64,000 nt of DNA from a virus, in the IMG/VR virus record IMGVR_UViG_3300045988_176686. One strand, 5' to 3'. This document shows, in pieces, positions 51,516 to 59,971 of this stretch. The notes below the pieces were generated by a model that searched no databases, was not told the origin of the DNA, and saw nothing but the letters and a program-made list of their open reading frames with translations. The position numbers and the translations under genes are program-made. Positions within the stretch are counted from its first letter, which is position 1. Each line of letters begins with the position of its first letter.

Positions 51516-53309
51516 TTAGGGTAATAGGGGAGGAGGTAAAGAGAAGGTATGCACATTCTTTTGTGTCGATCGTCCGCTACTTGCCGGCATGCGCTTGTTT
51601 TGTACGTTCGTGTGACAAGCCACACCACACCGCCTCACAATCAGCAAAGGATAGTTTATAGGTTGTAGCACGGATAATGGCACAGATCGCACAATACATG
51701 GCTTTTCGGTGTGGTTTTCTTCCGCACATACATTCACAGTTGGCTTTGCTGTTTCCGTTTCCGCACATACATTCACCACTTGCTCTGCTGTTTCCTTGCA
51801 TACATTCACCTGTGGCTTTTCGTTCGCTACTGCTTCCGTAGATTGTTCCTTCACCTTCAAAGTTTTATTGAAAAGTTTTTCCAATTTTACGCCCTCCCTA
51901 TAAAAGAACGCGCAGCCACGATAACTATTCGACTTGTTGCGTTTCTCTTCAGGCATGAAAGTTTTACAAAAACCCGATAACGTGTAGGTATTGCCTTCAA
52001 ACGATACCTTATTGTCATCTACCGCAACAACCTCCTTGCCATCTACAAAGGTTAGTTTGTCACCAGACTTCACCCCTATTGCTGCAAAGGTAAATTTGCG
52101 CGAAGGGTCAACTTGCTTTACCGTTGTGGGCTTATCTACTTTTTTAGCAACAGTCTTTTTTGCCGTAGAATCCTTGCTCGATACAACCTTAGTAGTACGT
52201 TTCACATTTAGTACGTAACGCTCTAAAACATTTATATCACATTCCACGTTAGGAGCTACTAACACATCGTCCACATGCTCACCCACAAAGGTTTGGTCTT
52301 CTTCAACCTTTGGGCATAAAACATACACATTGCCGTTATTGTCAACTGCTTCTACATATTTACTGTCTTCTGTACCTAAATACAAGCACATGCTTTCGGC
52401 TTTTTTGATTATACCAAATCGCTCAGCATCAAACAATAAGCAAAAACTATGCTTCAACTCCTTGCCTGCCTCTACTTGCGCTTCACAATCACCTGCTTTA
52501 AATTGAATGGTATTGTCGCCACGTTTACCACAAACGACAATATTCTCTCCCTTACCCATTTTTACAAGTTTGCAAATAGTCTTCCAGTTGGAGACATTCA
52601 CGCACAATTCAGACGAACGCTCCACACAAACGGAGTACCATTTTACTAAAACGCATTCGTGCTTTGCACGTGCAGCAATACCTTCAAACATAATATTGGT
52701 GCAAACATCATAGTCCATGCGTTCTTTCGTCGCGGTCATTTGGTAAATATTCTTACCTTTCATTTTCGCGCACATTTTCTTAAAGTCTGCTGCCAAAATG
52801 CGCATACCCGAAGTGTCACCCTTTATATTACTAAAAGCAACAGGACACACTTTCATACTACGGCCATTTGTAGCGACTAAGCATTTACGCTTGGCATCAA
52901 TGAAAATAAAAGCATAAGCCGGATTCCAGAACTTAGGGTCGGTAAAATCGCACAACTCTCCCAACTCCTTAGTGACGGCAAAGGTTACACTGGCTTCTAC
53001 CTCACCTTTGTTTTCAGCCACGAACAAATGGCGTTTACTGCCCACACCTACCAATAACTCGAATTTTGCCACAAGATCGAAAATTTGGTTTGTTGGGAAT
53101 GCACAACGGAAATTGCCTACCTCCACATGGTGCAAATTGTTAGCGTCCTCTCTTTCAAAAAACATATCATTACCCATGTGTTTTGGTGAATTAATCTCAC
53201 GTGCTGTAAAACTACCCACAACGTCGTATCTACGCATCAATGGCCAAACCTCGTCCGCTATCTTGTACAGTTCATTCAATATAGCCGTATTCAATTCTTT
53301 GTCAGTCAT
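51516..53309 (-). CDS. hypothetical large protein with internal VNVC(A/K)E tandem repeats
   Basis: 598 aa from the ATG at 53309 (MTDKELNTAIL). The track's longer N-terminus overlaps a small hydrophobic ORF. RKCLVATNGRSMKV weakly recalls the clamp motif VATDGHRL. Three 11-13-aa repeats are encoded at 51719-51830. Confidence 0.6.
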   Translation of the reverse strand: MTDKELNTAILNELYKIADEVWPLMRRYDVVGSFTAREINSPKHMGNDMFFEREDANNLHHVEVGNFRCAFPTNQIFDLVAKFELLVGVGSKRHLFVAENKGEVEASVTFAVTKELGELCDFTDPKFWNPAYAFIFIDAKRKCLVATNGRSMKVCPVAFSNIKGDTSGMRILAADFKKMCAKMKGKNIYQMTATKERMDYDVCTNIMFEGIAARAKHECVLVKWYSVCVERSSELCVNVSNWKTICKLVKMGKGENIVVCGKRGDNTIQFKAGDCEAQVEAGKELKHSFCLLFDAERFGIIKKAESMCLYLGTEDSKYVEAVDNNGNVYVLCPKVEEDQTFVGEHVDDVLVAPNVECDINVLERYVLNVKRTTKVVSSKDSTAKKTVAKKVDKPTTVKQVDPSRKFTFAAIGVKSGDKLTFVDGKEVVAVDDNKVSFEGNTYTLSGFCKTFMPEEKRNKSNSYRGCAFFYREGVKLEKLFNKTLKVKEQSTEAVANEKPQVNVCKETAEQVVNVCAETETAKPTVNVCAEENHTEKPCIVRSVPLSVLQPINYPLLIVRRCGVACHTNVQNKRMPASSGRSTQKNVHTFSLPPPLLP

Positions 53310-53386
53310 AACTATGTATCGTATTAAAATGTTTTTTGTTTCGTTGTGGGGATAGTGAATTTTCGCTATCCCCATAACATGAGTAT

Positions 53387-53515
53387 CTATTTTGCCGTGA
53401 ATGCTCCACCAATTAAAGGCAGAAGGAACACGCCTACACCTATTAACGAGAATAACACCACACACACGCAAGCCACTACCAATGCACCGATGATATACTT
53501 AATAATCTTTTTCAT
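53387..53515 (-). CDS. small hydrophobic peptide (42 aa)
   Basis: The ATG at 53515 gives MKKIIKYIIGALVVACVCVVLFSLIGVGVFLLPLIGGAFTAK, with two TM-like segments, 3 nt after the upstream stop. Confidence 0.35.
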   Translation of the reverse strand: MKKIIKYIIGALVVACVCVVLFSLIGVGVFLLPLIGGAFTAK

Positions 53516-53518
53516 AAA

Positions 53519-54058
53519 TTACACAGCTTGTTTAAATGCACGAATGTCTTCTGCAATGTCGTAAATATCTAAATCGTAAATAACGCCATCAAAAATAATA
53601 CCGCTAAGAGCTTCGTTCAACTTGTCAGGGTCGCCAAAGTCCTCCTCATTAAGGTAGGCTTCATCTTCTAAGTAAGCATCAAAATCCCTAATAAAGTCAC
53701 GGATCACGGTGCGCAGGTCTATTGCCCATTCGCTGTTGTCGTCAGGTCGGATGCCGATTGATTTGCACGCTACGCTTGTAACTTCGTCAAGCGGCATTCT
53801 GCTTTTGATGTATGCGTTGAAATAGAAGTCGAAACGGATAATCTCATCGAGCATCCAGCCGTTCGGTTCGTTGATAGCTGCCATGTGCCCACCGCCTACA
53901 ATGTACCCCATGCGCTCGCCAGGCTTTTTGTCAGATAAGGTTCTGGCAATTACGCCACGTTCGTTGAGTCGTTCAACATAAACATCGCCATTATAAACGA
54001 TGCTGTTTGAGTTATTTACACGCTGAATGTTATTTCTAAAAGTTGTCATAATCTGCAA
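53519..54058 (-). CDS. hypothetical acidic protein
   Basis: 179-aa ORF whose C-terminal half is rich in Asp/Glu. Confidence 0.6.
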   Translation of the reverse strand: MQIMTTFRNNIQRVNNSNSIVYNGDVYVERLNERGVIARTLSDKKPGERMGYIVGGGHMAAINEPNGWMLDEIIRFDFYFNAYIKSRMPLDEVTSVACKSIGIRPDDNSEWAIDLRTVIRDFIRDFDAYLEDEAYLNEEDFGDPDKLNEALSGIIFDGVIYDLDIYDIAEDIRAFKQAV

Positions 54059-54096
54059 GTATTAAAATGTTTATTTTTATGTTTTGAAGTTGTTTT

Positions 54097-54351
54097 TTAC
54101 ATGTCTGATAGAACCCAAAGTCTAACCAAACCTTCCACATCATTTGTGGCAATTAAAAGCAAAAGGTTAGCTGCTGCTCCAATATACCTCCGTTGTTCTT
54201 TTTCGGGTAATTGAGCAATGTTTTTGCTGTTGAACCAATCACGCACTGCTTCTAAACTACCTCGTGATACGCCATCAAACATATCCAGTTCAATAGTAGC
54301 CAGCGTGTCTTCGCTAATTTGCATTCTGTTCTCGTTCATATCAATAGACAA
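54097..54351 (-). CDS. hypothetical protein (start uncertain)
   Basis: 84-aa ORF with a TTG start in the track. An ATG at 54386 preceded by the conserved AAAAAACGACT leader would join this frame if the T7 run at 54366-54372 were T8. Confidence 0.5.
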   Translation of the reverse strand: MSIDMNENRMQISEDTLATIELDMFDGVSRGSLEAVRDWFNSKNIAQLPEKEQRRYIGAAANLLLLIATNDVEGLVRLWVLSDM

Positions 54352-54428
54352 ACGAGTAGCAATAATTTTTTTAAACGTTCTCTCATTTTAGTCGTTTTTT
54401 AAAGGTTCTATAATAACTTCATTTTTTC

Positions 54429-54953
54429 TTAACTATTGTGTTTCCCTGTCGAAATTTCAACATATCCACGCACTTTAGCATTTCCCATAATAATCGCGTT
54501 GCCGCGTACTGTTGCTTTTTCGCAAACAAGCGCATTGCTATATACCTGTGCCTTGTCACGTACACATGCTTCACCGCACACACACGCATTGCCTGCAATC
54601 TCAGCTTGGTCCATAACAGTTGCATTGCCTGCAAGGTGAGCATTGCCTAACAATTTTGCACTACCACCAACGAATGCTCTGTTACACACATGCGCATGAT
54701 CCGTAACGACGGCACATCCGAACACTTGTGCATGTCCGCTCACCCTTGCATGGTCGCACACGATGCTGTTCCCATACACACACGCATTGTCCGCAATCCA
54801 GGCTTTGCCAAACAAGTTTTCAGTTGACTCAACAAATCCTCCTAATTCGCCTGCTTTCACCTCGTCGAAAGGCTCAACACACGCTATGCGATGAAGCACA
54901 TGCTTGTCAATTGTGATTGTTTCATCCGTCAGGACGTATCTAATAGTTCTCAT
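54429..54953 (-). CDS. repeat protein, probably beta-helix (hexapeptide/bactofilin-like)
   Basis: 174 aa. The run GNAHLAGNATVMDQAEIAGNACVCGEACVRDKAQVYSNALVCEKATVRGNAIIMGNAKVRG shows short periodic (G/S)NAxV repeats. Confidence 0.6.
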   Translation of the reverse strand: MRTIRYVLTDETITIDKHVLHRIACVEPFDEVKAGELGGFVESTENLFGKAWIADNACVYGNSIVCDHARVSGHAQVFGCAVVTDHAHVCNRAFVGGSAKLLGNAHLAGNATVMDQAEIAGNACVCGEACVRDKAQVYSNALVCEKATVRGNAIIMGNAKVRGYVEISTGKHNS

Positions 54954-54987
54954 TTTCAGTCGTTTTTTTGATAGTCTATAACAAGGT

Positions 54988-55425
54988 TTACTTCAGTTCT
55001 AACGATACACCAAGCGCATCAGCAATCTTGTCCAGTACGTCAATTCCAACGGAATACTTTCCTTCCTCAACTCTGCATACATTTGCTTTGGTGATGTCGG
55101 CAGCTGTGGCGAGTTCTTGTTGTGTCATATCGCGTTGAAGTCGAATACTTTTTATACGTTTTCCAATAGCGGAACGTATTCCGCGATTTTCGCGTTCACA
55201 CGCAAACGATAAATCCGAGTAGAAGTCTTGCAGCTCCTCGTCGCTTGATTGAGAGAATAGCTCGTCAAACAGATCCGCCAACTTGCTACCGCCATAATTG
55301 TAGCATTGATTGGCGTAATCATCATACGGAATGTCTACAGACTGATCCCAGTTGTCCTTATTCCATGCAGCCACACATGCTACGCATTCTTTGATTATAG
55401 CTGCTTGTAAATTTGTCTTTTCCAT
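54988..55425 (-). CDS. XRE-family HTH protein with an N-terminal accessory domain
   Basis: The C-terminal IGKRIKSIRLQRDMTQQELATAADITKANVCRVEEGKYSVGIDVLDKIADALGVSL is a Cro/C1-type HTH. Confidence 0.75.
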   Translation of the reverse strand: MEKTNLQAAIIKECVACVAAWNKDNWDQSVDIPYDDYANQCYNYGGSKLADLFDELFSQSSDEELQDFYSDLSFACERENRGIRSAIGKRIKSIRLQRDMTQQELATAADITKANVCRVEEGKYSVGIDVLDKIADALGVSLELK

Positions 55426-55429
55426 TTTT

Positions 55430-56131
55430 TTATTTGTCGTTAAAATTCATGTTCATTCTTGCCTTATCCTTCACTTCGCTCCGATCGATAAGCCCTAATT
55501 CAGCTTCGTGCCTATATTCGTCGAGTAGGTGCTCATAGTTAGAGTTATTGTGACGGTGAGAGGCTTGTATAATAGCAATAGCATGCTGCTCATCTTCTAT
55601 ACGTCTAAGAGGATTTTCTCGCTCCATTGTGCGTATAAGTGTTGCACGCTTCGTGCTATAATTGTCGTATTGCTTGGCTTCTACTTTTTCTATTTGTTGT
55701 CGTTTGTAGTCGTTTTTTTCTTCGGCGATAGAGCGTGCAACATCCATAGTTACCCATTCATAGCCATTGCAATTAGCCAATAGTCTCACTAATCGCTTAG
55801 CCCATGTATCGCGCACCTGCGTCCATATCTTTACCGTTTTAAGCTTTGTTGCTTTTCCTTCTACTAATTTTAGGAAATCCTTCTCTGAATTTAAGAAGAA
55901 ATTGTTGAACTTGTCTTGATAGCCAAAACCATTCCAATTCTCCCCATAATGTTCTTCATACACTTTATGGGTCGAGATGTATTCTTTAATTTTACCGCGC
56001 ATGGCACCGCTCCACACTCTTCTATACACCTTCTCGTTACATATACGAAAAACGTCGTTAGGGGATTTTTTAGACGCATTGTCAATGTTGGCATAACGCG
56101 TCAAAACGTACACTGAATTATAAGTAGCCAT
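55430..56131 (-). CDS. hypothetical protein
   Basis: 233-aa ORF. Confidence 0.6.
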   Translation of the reverse strand: MATYNSVYVLTRYANIDNASKKSPNDVFRICNEKVYRRVWSGAMRGKIKEYISTHKVYEEHYGENWNGFGYQDKFNNFFLNSEKDFLKLVEGKATKLKTVKIWTQVRDTWAKRLVRLLANCNGYEWVTMDVARSIAEEKNDYKRQQIEKVEAKQYDNYSTKRATLIRTMERENPLRRIEDEQHAIAIIQASHRHNNSNYEHLLDEYRHEAELGLIDRSEVKDKARMNMNFNDK

Positions 56132-56152
56132 TGTTTCAAACCGAATTACTGG

Positions 56153-56479
56153 TCAGTCCTCGAAGATTTTTGTCCCAATTTCATGTTCGTAGACTGACCA
56201 CCAGCCCTTGCCGTTAAGACTGCCTGATGCGATAATCAAGCCATTGCTGTCCCAGACAGTGTAGGATGAGCGATTATAAGGCTGTTGGAAATGTTCGCCC
56301 CGCACAATCCTTTTTATGTCTTTAATGGCTATTGCCTTATTGGTGTATTCGTATGGTTCAGACAATATCGTAGAGCCATTGTTGGCTGAAAAACTTGCGT
56401 AATATTTCATCGCTTCAAGCCGAATTGCTGTTGCCGCCAGTTCTAAGAGTTTTTTGTGAAAATGATTTATTGTTCCCAC
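56153..56479 (-). CDS. hypothetical protein
   Basis: 108-aa ORF. Confidence 0.55.
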   Translation of the reverse strand: MGTINHFHKKLLELAATAIRLEAMKYYASFSANNGSTILSEPYEYTNKAIAIKDIKRIVRGEHFQQPYNRSSYTVWDSNGLIIASGSLNGKGWWSVYEHEIGTKIFED

Positions 56480-56531
56480 CGTGATGTCGCTTCACCTTGT
56501 GCCAGTCGTGCTGAAGTGGGTAGGCTATTTT

Positions 56532-56954
56532 TTAAAACGTTGCCCAATCGTTTAAATCTGTCGTATCGCTGTTTGCCCAATACTCTTCAACCCTTGAATA
56601 AAGGGCTTCTACGTTTGCGCCATGCAGCGTTTTAATCTTCTGTGTAAACGCTTCAACATCTACCTGCCATTTGCGGTCTAAGTCCTCCAGTTGTGCCGCA
56701 TCCTCCACATGTGCCACAAGTGCTGAAACATTGCAGCGAAAGGACTCAGAAACGCTCGTGCCGTTTAAACTATCTGCCAGGAATTTCCACTCTTCAGGAG
56801 TAAACACCCCCCTAAGTTCTCCCGCTGAAACCAGGCGCACTCTTCGCAAATTTTGTGCGCATTCCACAACGGCTTGATTTATAGATTTTCCGTCGCCCGT
56901 AAGCCACTCAATGAGTTCTTCAGGCAAACGGATCGTTGCATTCTTTACAGCCAT
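56532..56954 (-). CDS. hypothetical protein
   Basis: 141 aa from the ATG at 56954 (MAVKNATIRLPEEL). The track's longer N-terminus would include the -7 box at 56982. Confidence 0.55.
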   Translation of the reverse strand: MAVKNATIRLPEELIEWLTGDGKSINQAVVECAQNLRRVRLVSAGELRGVFTPEEWKFLADSLNGTSVSESFRCNVSALVAHVEDAAQLEDLDRKWQVDVEAFTQKIKTLHGANVEALYSRVEEYWANSDTTDLNDWATF

Positions 56955-56981
56955 AATCGTATTACTTATTGTTTGATATTG

Positions 56982-56989
56982 CAAAGGTA
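56982..56989 (-). promoter_or_regulatory. Bacteroidota-type -7 box (TACCTTTG on the minus strand)
   Basis: Plus strand reads CAAAGGTA, 27 nt upstream of the ATG at 56954. Confidence 0.4.
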
Positions 56990-57004
56990 CGAAGAGTTTT
57001 TTAA

Positions 57005-57037
57005 ACACACAAACATTTTACACATTATTTTGTGTGT
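57005..57037 (-). terminator. putative terminator hairpin
   Basis: ACACACAAA (57005-57013) pairs with TTTGTGTGT (57029-57037) as a 9-bp stem, downstream of the small ORF that ends at 57068. Confidence 0.4.
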
Positions 57038-57067
57038 AATTTGTTTGTTTTTTATTTGTTCAGTCGA

Positions 57068-57238
57068 TCAACCTTTAAAAGTTGAGCGCAAACAGTCGCA
57101 TAGCATTTGCAATCCCAGACTTAACTCTGTTGTTGCTTCCTCGGCTGTTGGTGTGTTCACCGCAAAGTATTCAAGCATTGCGATTGTTGCGAGCTGCACT
57201 GATTCTCTGTCCATGTCGATTGTCACTGTTGTTGTCAT
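57068..57238 (-). CDS. small hypothetical protein (56 aa)
   Basis: The ATG at 57238 gives MTTTVTIDMDRESVQLATIAMLEYFAVNTPTAEEATTELSLGLQMLCDCLRSTFKG. It fills an otherwise empty 270-nt gap. Confidence 0.4.
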   Translation of the reverse strand: MTTTVTIDMDRESVQLATIAMLEYFAVNTPTAEEATTELSLGLQMLCDCLRSTFKG

Positions 57239-57279
57239 TTCTGTTGTTTTTTTTTAAATATTAATAATAAATAAATTTA

Positions 57280-57591
57280 CTAAGATAGCTCATATTTCCC
57301 TGCCTTAACGGCGTAACCAATTTTAGTCAATTTTGTTCTCCCGAAGGATTGTACGTCGCTATACCAGGGCGTAAAAGTCAAAAAAATACTATCATCTTTC
57401 AGGCTGCATCCCAGAATGTCACAACCGACACGATGCCCCTGCTGTATGTGCCTCATATATGCGTTCTTTGCCTCACGTAAAGTACGATAACACTCACCGC
57501 CACATTTATACGGGTCGTCAACGGGAAAATTATAATAATCTATTTTCATAATTGGTGAATTTAGATAGGATGTAATTAGGGAGTGGCTCAC
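57280..57591 (-). CDS. hypothetical protein
   Basis: 103-aa ORF that overlaps the upstream gene by 4 nt. Confidence 0.55.
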   Translation of the reverse strand: MSHSLITSYLNSPIMKIDYYNFPVDDPYKCGGECYRTLREAKNAYMRHIQQGHRVGCDILGCSLKDDSIFLTFTPWYSDVQSFGRTKLTKIGYAVKAGKYELS

Positions 57592-57989
57592 AAATCATGC
57601 ACCACCGCTACATTATTCTGCAAGGAGCGGTGATTATTTTCATAAGCTATAACGTTAGTATAATACCATACTACCGCCTGTGCCATTTGGTCTTTTACGG
57701 CGTCAAGATACTTTCGTGCCGTTTCCTGTCCGCAGATTTCGAGGTGCCGTTCGGGGTAGCGTCCTCTTTGGTCGCCACTGGCGACTTGCACAACACAAAA
57801 TGTGCGGTCGGTTCCATGAGTTGCCACAAAGCCCTCGCGTGCCTCGCATTGCGCCACGGCTGCCTTTAAATTCTCGGCTGTGGTCTGCACAACTTGCAAC
57901 ACGCACCACGGCCACTCCTGTGCAGTTAGGAGGGTGTGCCCTTCGCGTTCCTCAATCTCGTAGGTGTAAATGGTTTTTGATGTAGTCAT
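57588..57989 (-). CDS. hypothetical protein
   Basis: 133-aa ORF. The plus-strand ORFs across it are shadow frames. Confidence 0.6.
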   Translation of the reverse strand: MTTSKTIYTYEIEEREGHTLLTAQEWPWCVLQVVQTTAENLKAAVAQCEAREGFVATHGTDRTFCVVQVASGDQRGRYPERHLEICGQETARKYLDAVKDQMAQAVVWYYTNVIAYENNHRSLQNNVAVVHDL

Positions 57990-58000
57990 TTTTTTCTATA

Positions 58001-58291
58001 TTAAAAGTAGGAGCCATCTTCCACTAACTGAAGAGAGCCATATTCTAATTTCGTCTGCAAATCATAACACAAGGCCGTTGCATCTTGTCGGGCATCATTT
58101 TCCAAACATGCAATTTGTTCGCTCTTTTCCAGTTCGTCGCTTTCATACACAAACAAACCTTTTTGTATGCCTTCGCGAATAACGTTTAACAAACGCTTTA
58201 TGCCAGTCTTTCGGCTATTCACCAGGAAATAAGGCTGCATTGATGCGGAAGACTTCCACGCGTCGCAAGTAGAAAGTAAAAAGATTTTCAT
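58001..58291 (-). CDS. hypothetical protein
   Basis: 96-aa ORF preceded by the conserved TTATAG...AAAAAAACGACT leader. Confidence 0.55.
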   Translation of the reverse strand: MKIFLLSTCDAWKSSASMQPYFLVNSRKTGIKRLLNVIREGIQKGLFVYESDELEKSEQIACLENDARQDATALCYDLQTKLEYGSLQLVEDGSYF

Positions 58292-58353
58292 AAACCAGTC
58301 GTTTTTTTCGCGTGCTATAATAGGGGATGCGTTCCCCCATTATAGCTGCGCTG

Positions 58354-58836
58354 TTATACTTCACGTTTTGGAACTTCAATCTTTACGTCCGTTCTCTTGT
58401 TCACATCGTAGACTGCATACTCCATGTAATCTTCAAGAAATGAATGTTTAAAAATCCAGTACATATCGTCTGGCAGGTCGGGAAATTCCCTGTTTTCTCT
58501 GTACGCATCATTGCACAACTGGAAGAACTCCAAAAGCTTTTTCGTGTCTTCTTCGTCGAGGTCTAAATAGGGATCGTACAAGGCTACTGCACCGGCAAGC
58601 TTATAACTTAAACAAAAATCGGCGGAGTAATTAAGCCAAACTGTTACTGATAAGTCCCTGCCTTCTTCCGGGTCTACAGAATGTGTGCTTATATACACCA
58701 CACAATCTGTGTGGTTGCCCATGTACACAAGCTCTTCTTGTTCGCTTGCTTCATACTGTGCATAAATTTCCAATCCTTCAGCAAGGCTAAATCCGTATCG
58801 GCTTAAAATCAAAGCTACGTTGTCTGCAATTTTCAT
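58354..58836 (-). CDS. hypothetical highly acidic protein
   Basis: 160 aa with many Asp/Glu/Tyr residues (LDLDEEDTKKLLEFF, EFPDLPDDMYW). Confidence 0.6.
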   Translation of the reverse strand: MKIADNVALILSRYGFSLAEGLEIYAQYEASEQEELVYMGNHTDCVVYISTHSVDPEEGRDLSVTVWLNYSADFCLSYKLAGAVALYDPYLDLDEEDTKKLLEFFQLCNDAYRENREFPDLPDDMYWIFKHSFLEDYMEYAVYDVNKRTDVKIEVPKREV

Positions 58837-58961
58837 AATGCTATTTTTTTAGAAGGGTCTAACATATTTTTTTACTTCCATTAATTCAGTAGATTTTTTT
58901 TGTGTTCTATAATAGAGAGTACTGGCACGGGAGCCAGAACTACTCCAGGTTGTTTTGTCGC

Positions 58962-59774
58962 TTAATTTCGCCACACCCGCGAAGCATGCACACCTGTTTC
59001 TGCGTCGTGGTCCCGCGCAAAATCCTGTAAAGTGCTGTCGTACTCGTTTAATTCCCTGACAAGTTTTGCCGCCTTCTCCGCCAACTTCAAGTAGGCGGAA
59101 TATTGCTTTTTTGTGGCGTTTAGTTCGTCGATTAGCTTTTTACGTTCGTTTATATAAGGTGCTATAATAGCAGCCACTTTGCCAGCTTCCAAACGATCAC
59201 CCACACCCCATCTCCATAAAAGACGGCCTGTACGGTTGCACTCTTCTGTTTTACTTCCGTAGATACGCACCATCGGTTTTAATGTGTCGCCATAATCGTA
59301 GCCGAAGTATTGCATATCGAGCACACACTCGTAATACTCAGCAAACGAACAACGCAAGCCAGAAGCCTCGCTCACGGCATCGGTGAAACGCTTGTTTAAT
59401 ACTTTACCGTCGAACTTTTGGCAAACTTCCTGTAGGGCGTTTAGAGCCTTAATTTCATGTCGTTCTATTTTCACTAATTCGTCAACGTAAGCGGAATAAG
59501 CCTTCACTTGCTTTGCACGTTTCAACTTTACAAAGTCGCGTCGCGATTTTAGATAGTTTTCTTCCGTGCCTATAACGTAAGAGCACTCCGGCATCTCCAG
59601 TAAACGGGAATAATCATGTCTCAAAGCTACAAACTCCTCCGCGTTTTCCTCCGTACCGAAACGTATAGGACTTGACAGCACGCCATCTCCATTACTCCAC
59701 ACGTACACGGAGCCTTTTTCGTTGATAAGTGAGAGCATTTTGTCACAGAGTGTTTTTTTCTTTGTAGTTTCCAT
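58962..59774 (-). CDS. hypothetical protein
   Basis: 270-aa ORF. Confidence 0.65.
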   Translation of the reverse strand: METTKKKTLCDKMLSLINEKGSVYVWSNGDGVLSSPIRFGTEENAEEFVALRHDYSRLLEMPECSYVIGTEENYLKSRRDFVKLKRAKQVKAYSAYVDELVKIERHEIKALNALQEVCQKFDGKVLNKRFTDAVSEASGLRCSFAEYYECVLDMQYFGYDYGDTLKPMVRIYGSKTEECNRTGRLLWRWGVGDRLEAGKVAAIIAPYINERKKLIDELNATKKQYSAYLKLAEKAAKLVRELNEYDSTLQDFARDHDAETGVHASRVWRN

Positions 59775-59812
59775 AAAGCGAAGTATTAAAATATTTTTGT
59801 TATTGTTTGAGT

Positions 59813-59915
59813 TGTGGGTGCAGCGGACCTCGGACCGCTTGGAAAGCCTAAATACTTTTACACCATATAATGTGAAGGCTAAAATTTAATGCTTAACACG
59901 ACCACCACAACAACA
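59813..59915. repeat. about 100-bp dispersed repeat, copy 1 (relic gene end plus leader)
   Basis: TGTGGGTGCAGCGGAC...AAAGCCTAAATACTTTTACACCATATAATGTGAAGGCTAAAATTTAATGCTTAACACGACC aligns at about 85% identity with 62195-62292. Confidence 0.8.
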
Positions 59916-59971
59916 GCGCAGATGTATGCAAAAATTTCCTCATTTATTTTGAAGGTCTATAATATAAGGAA

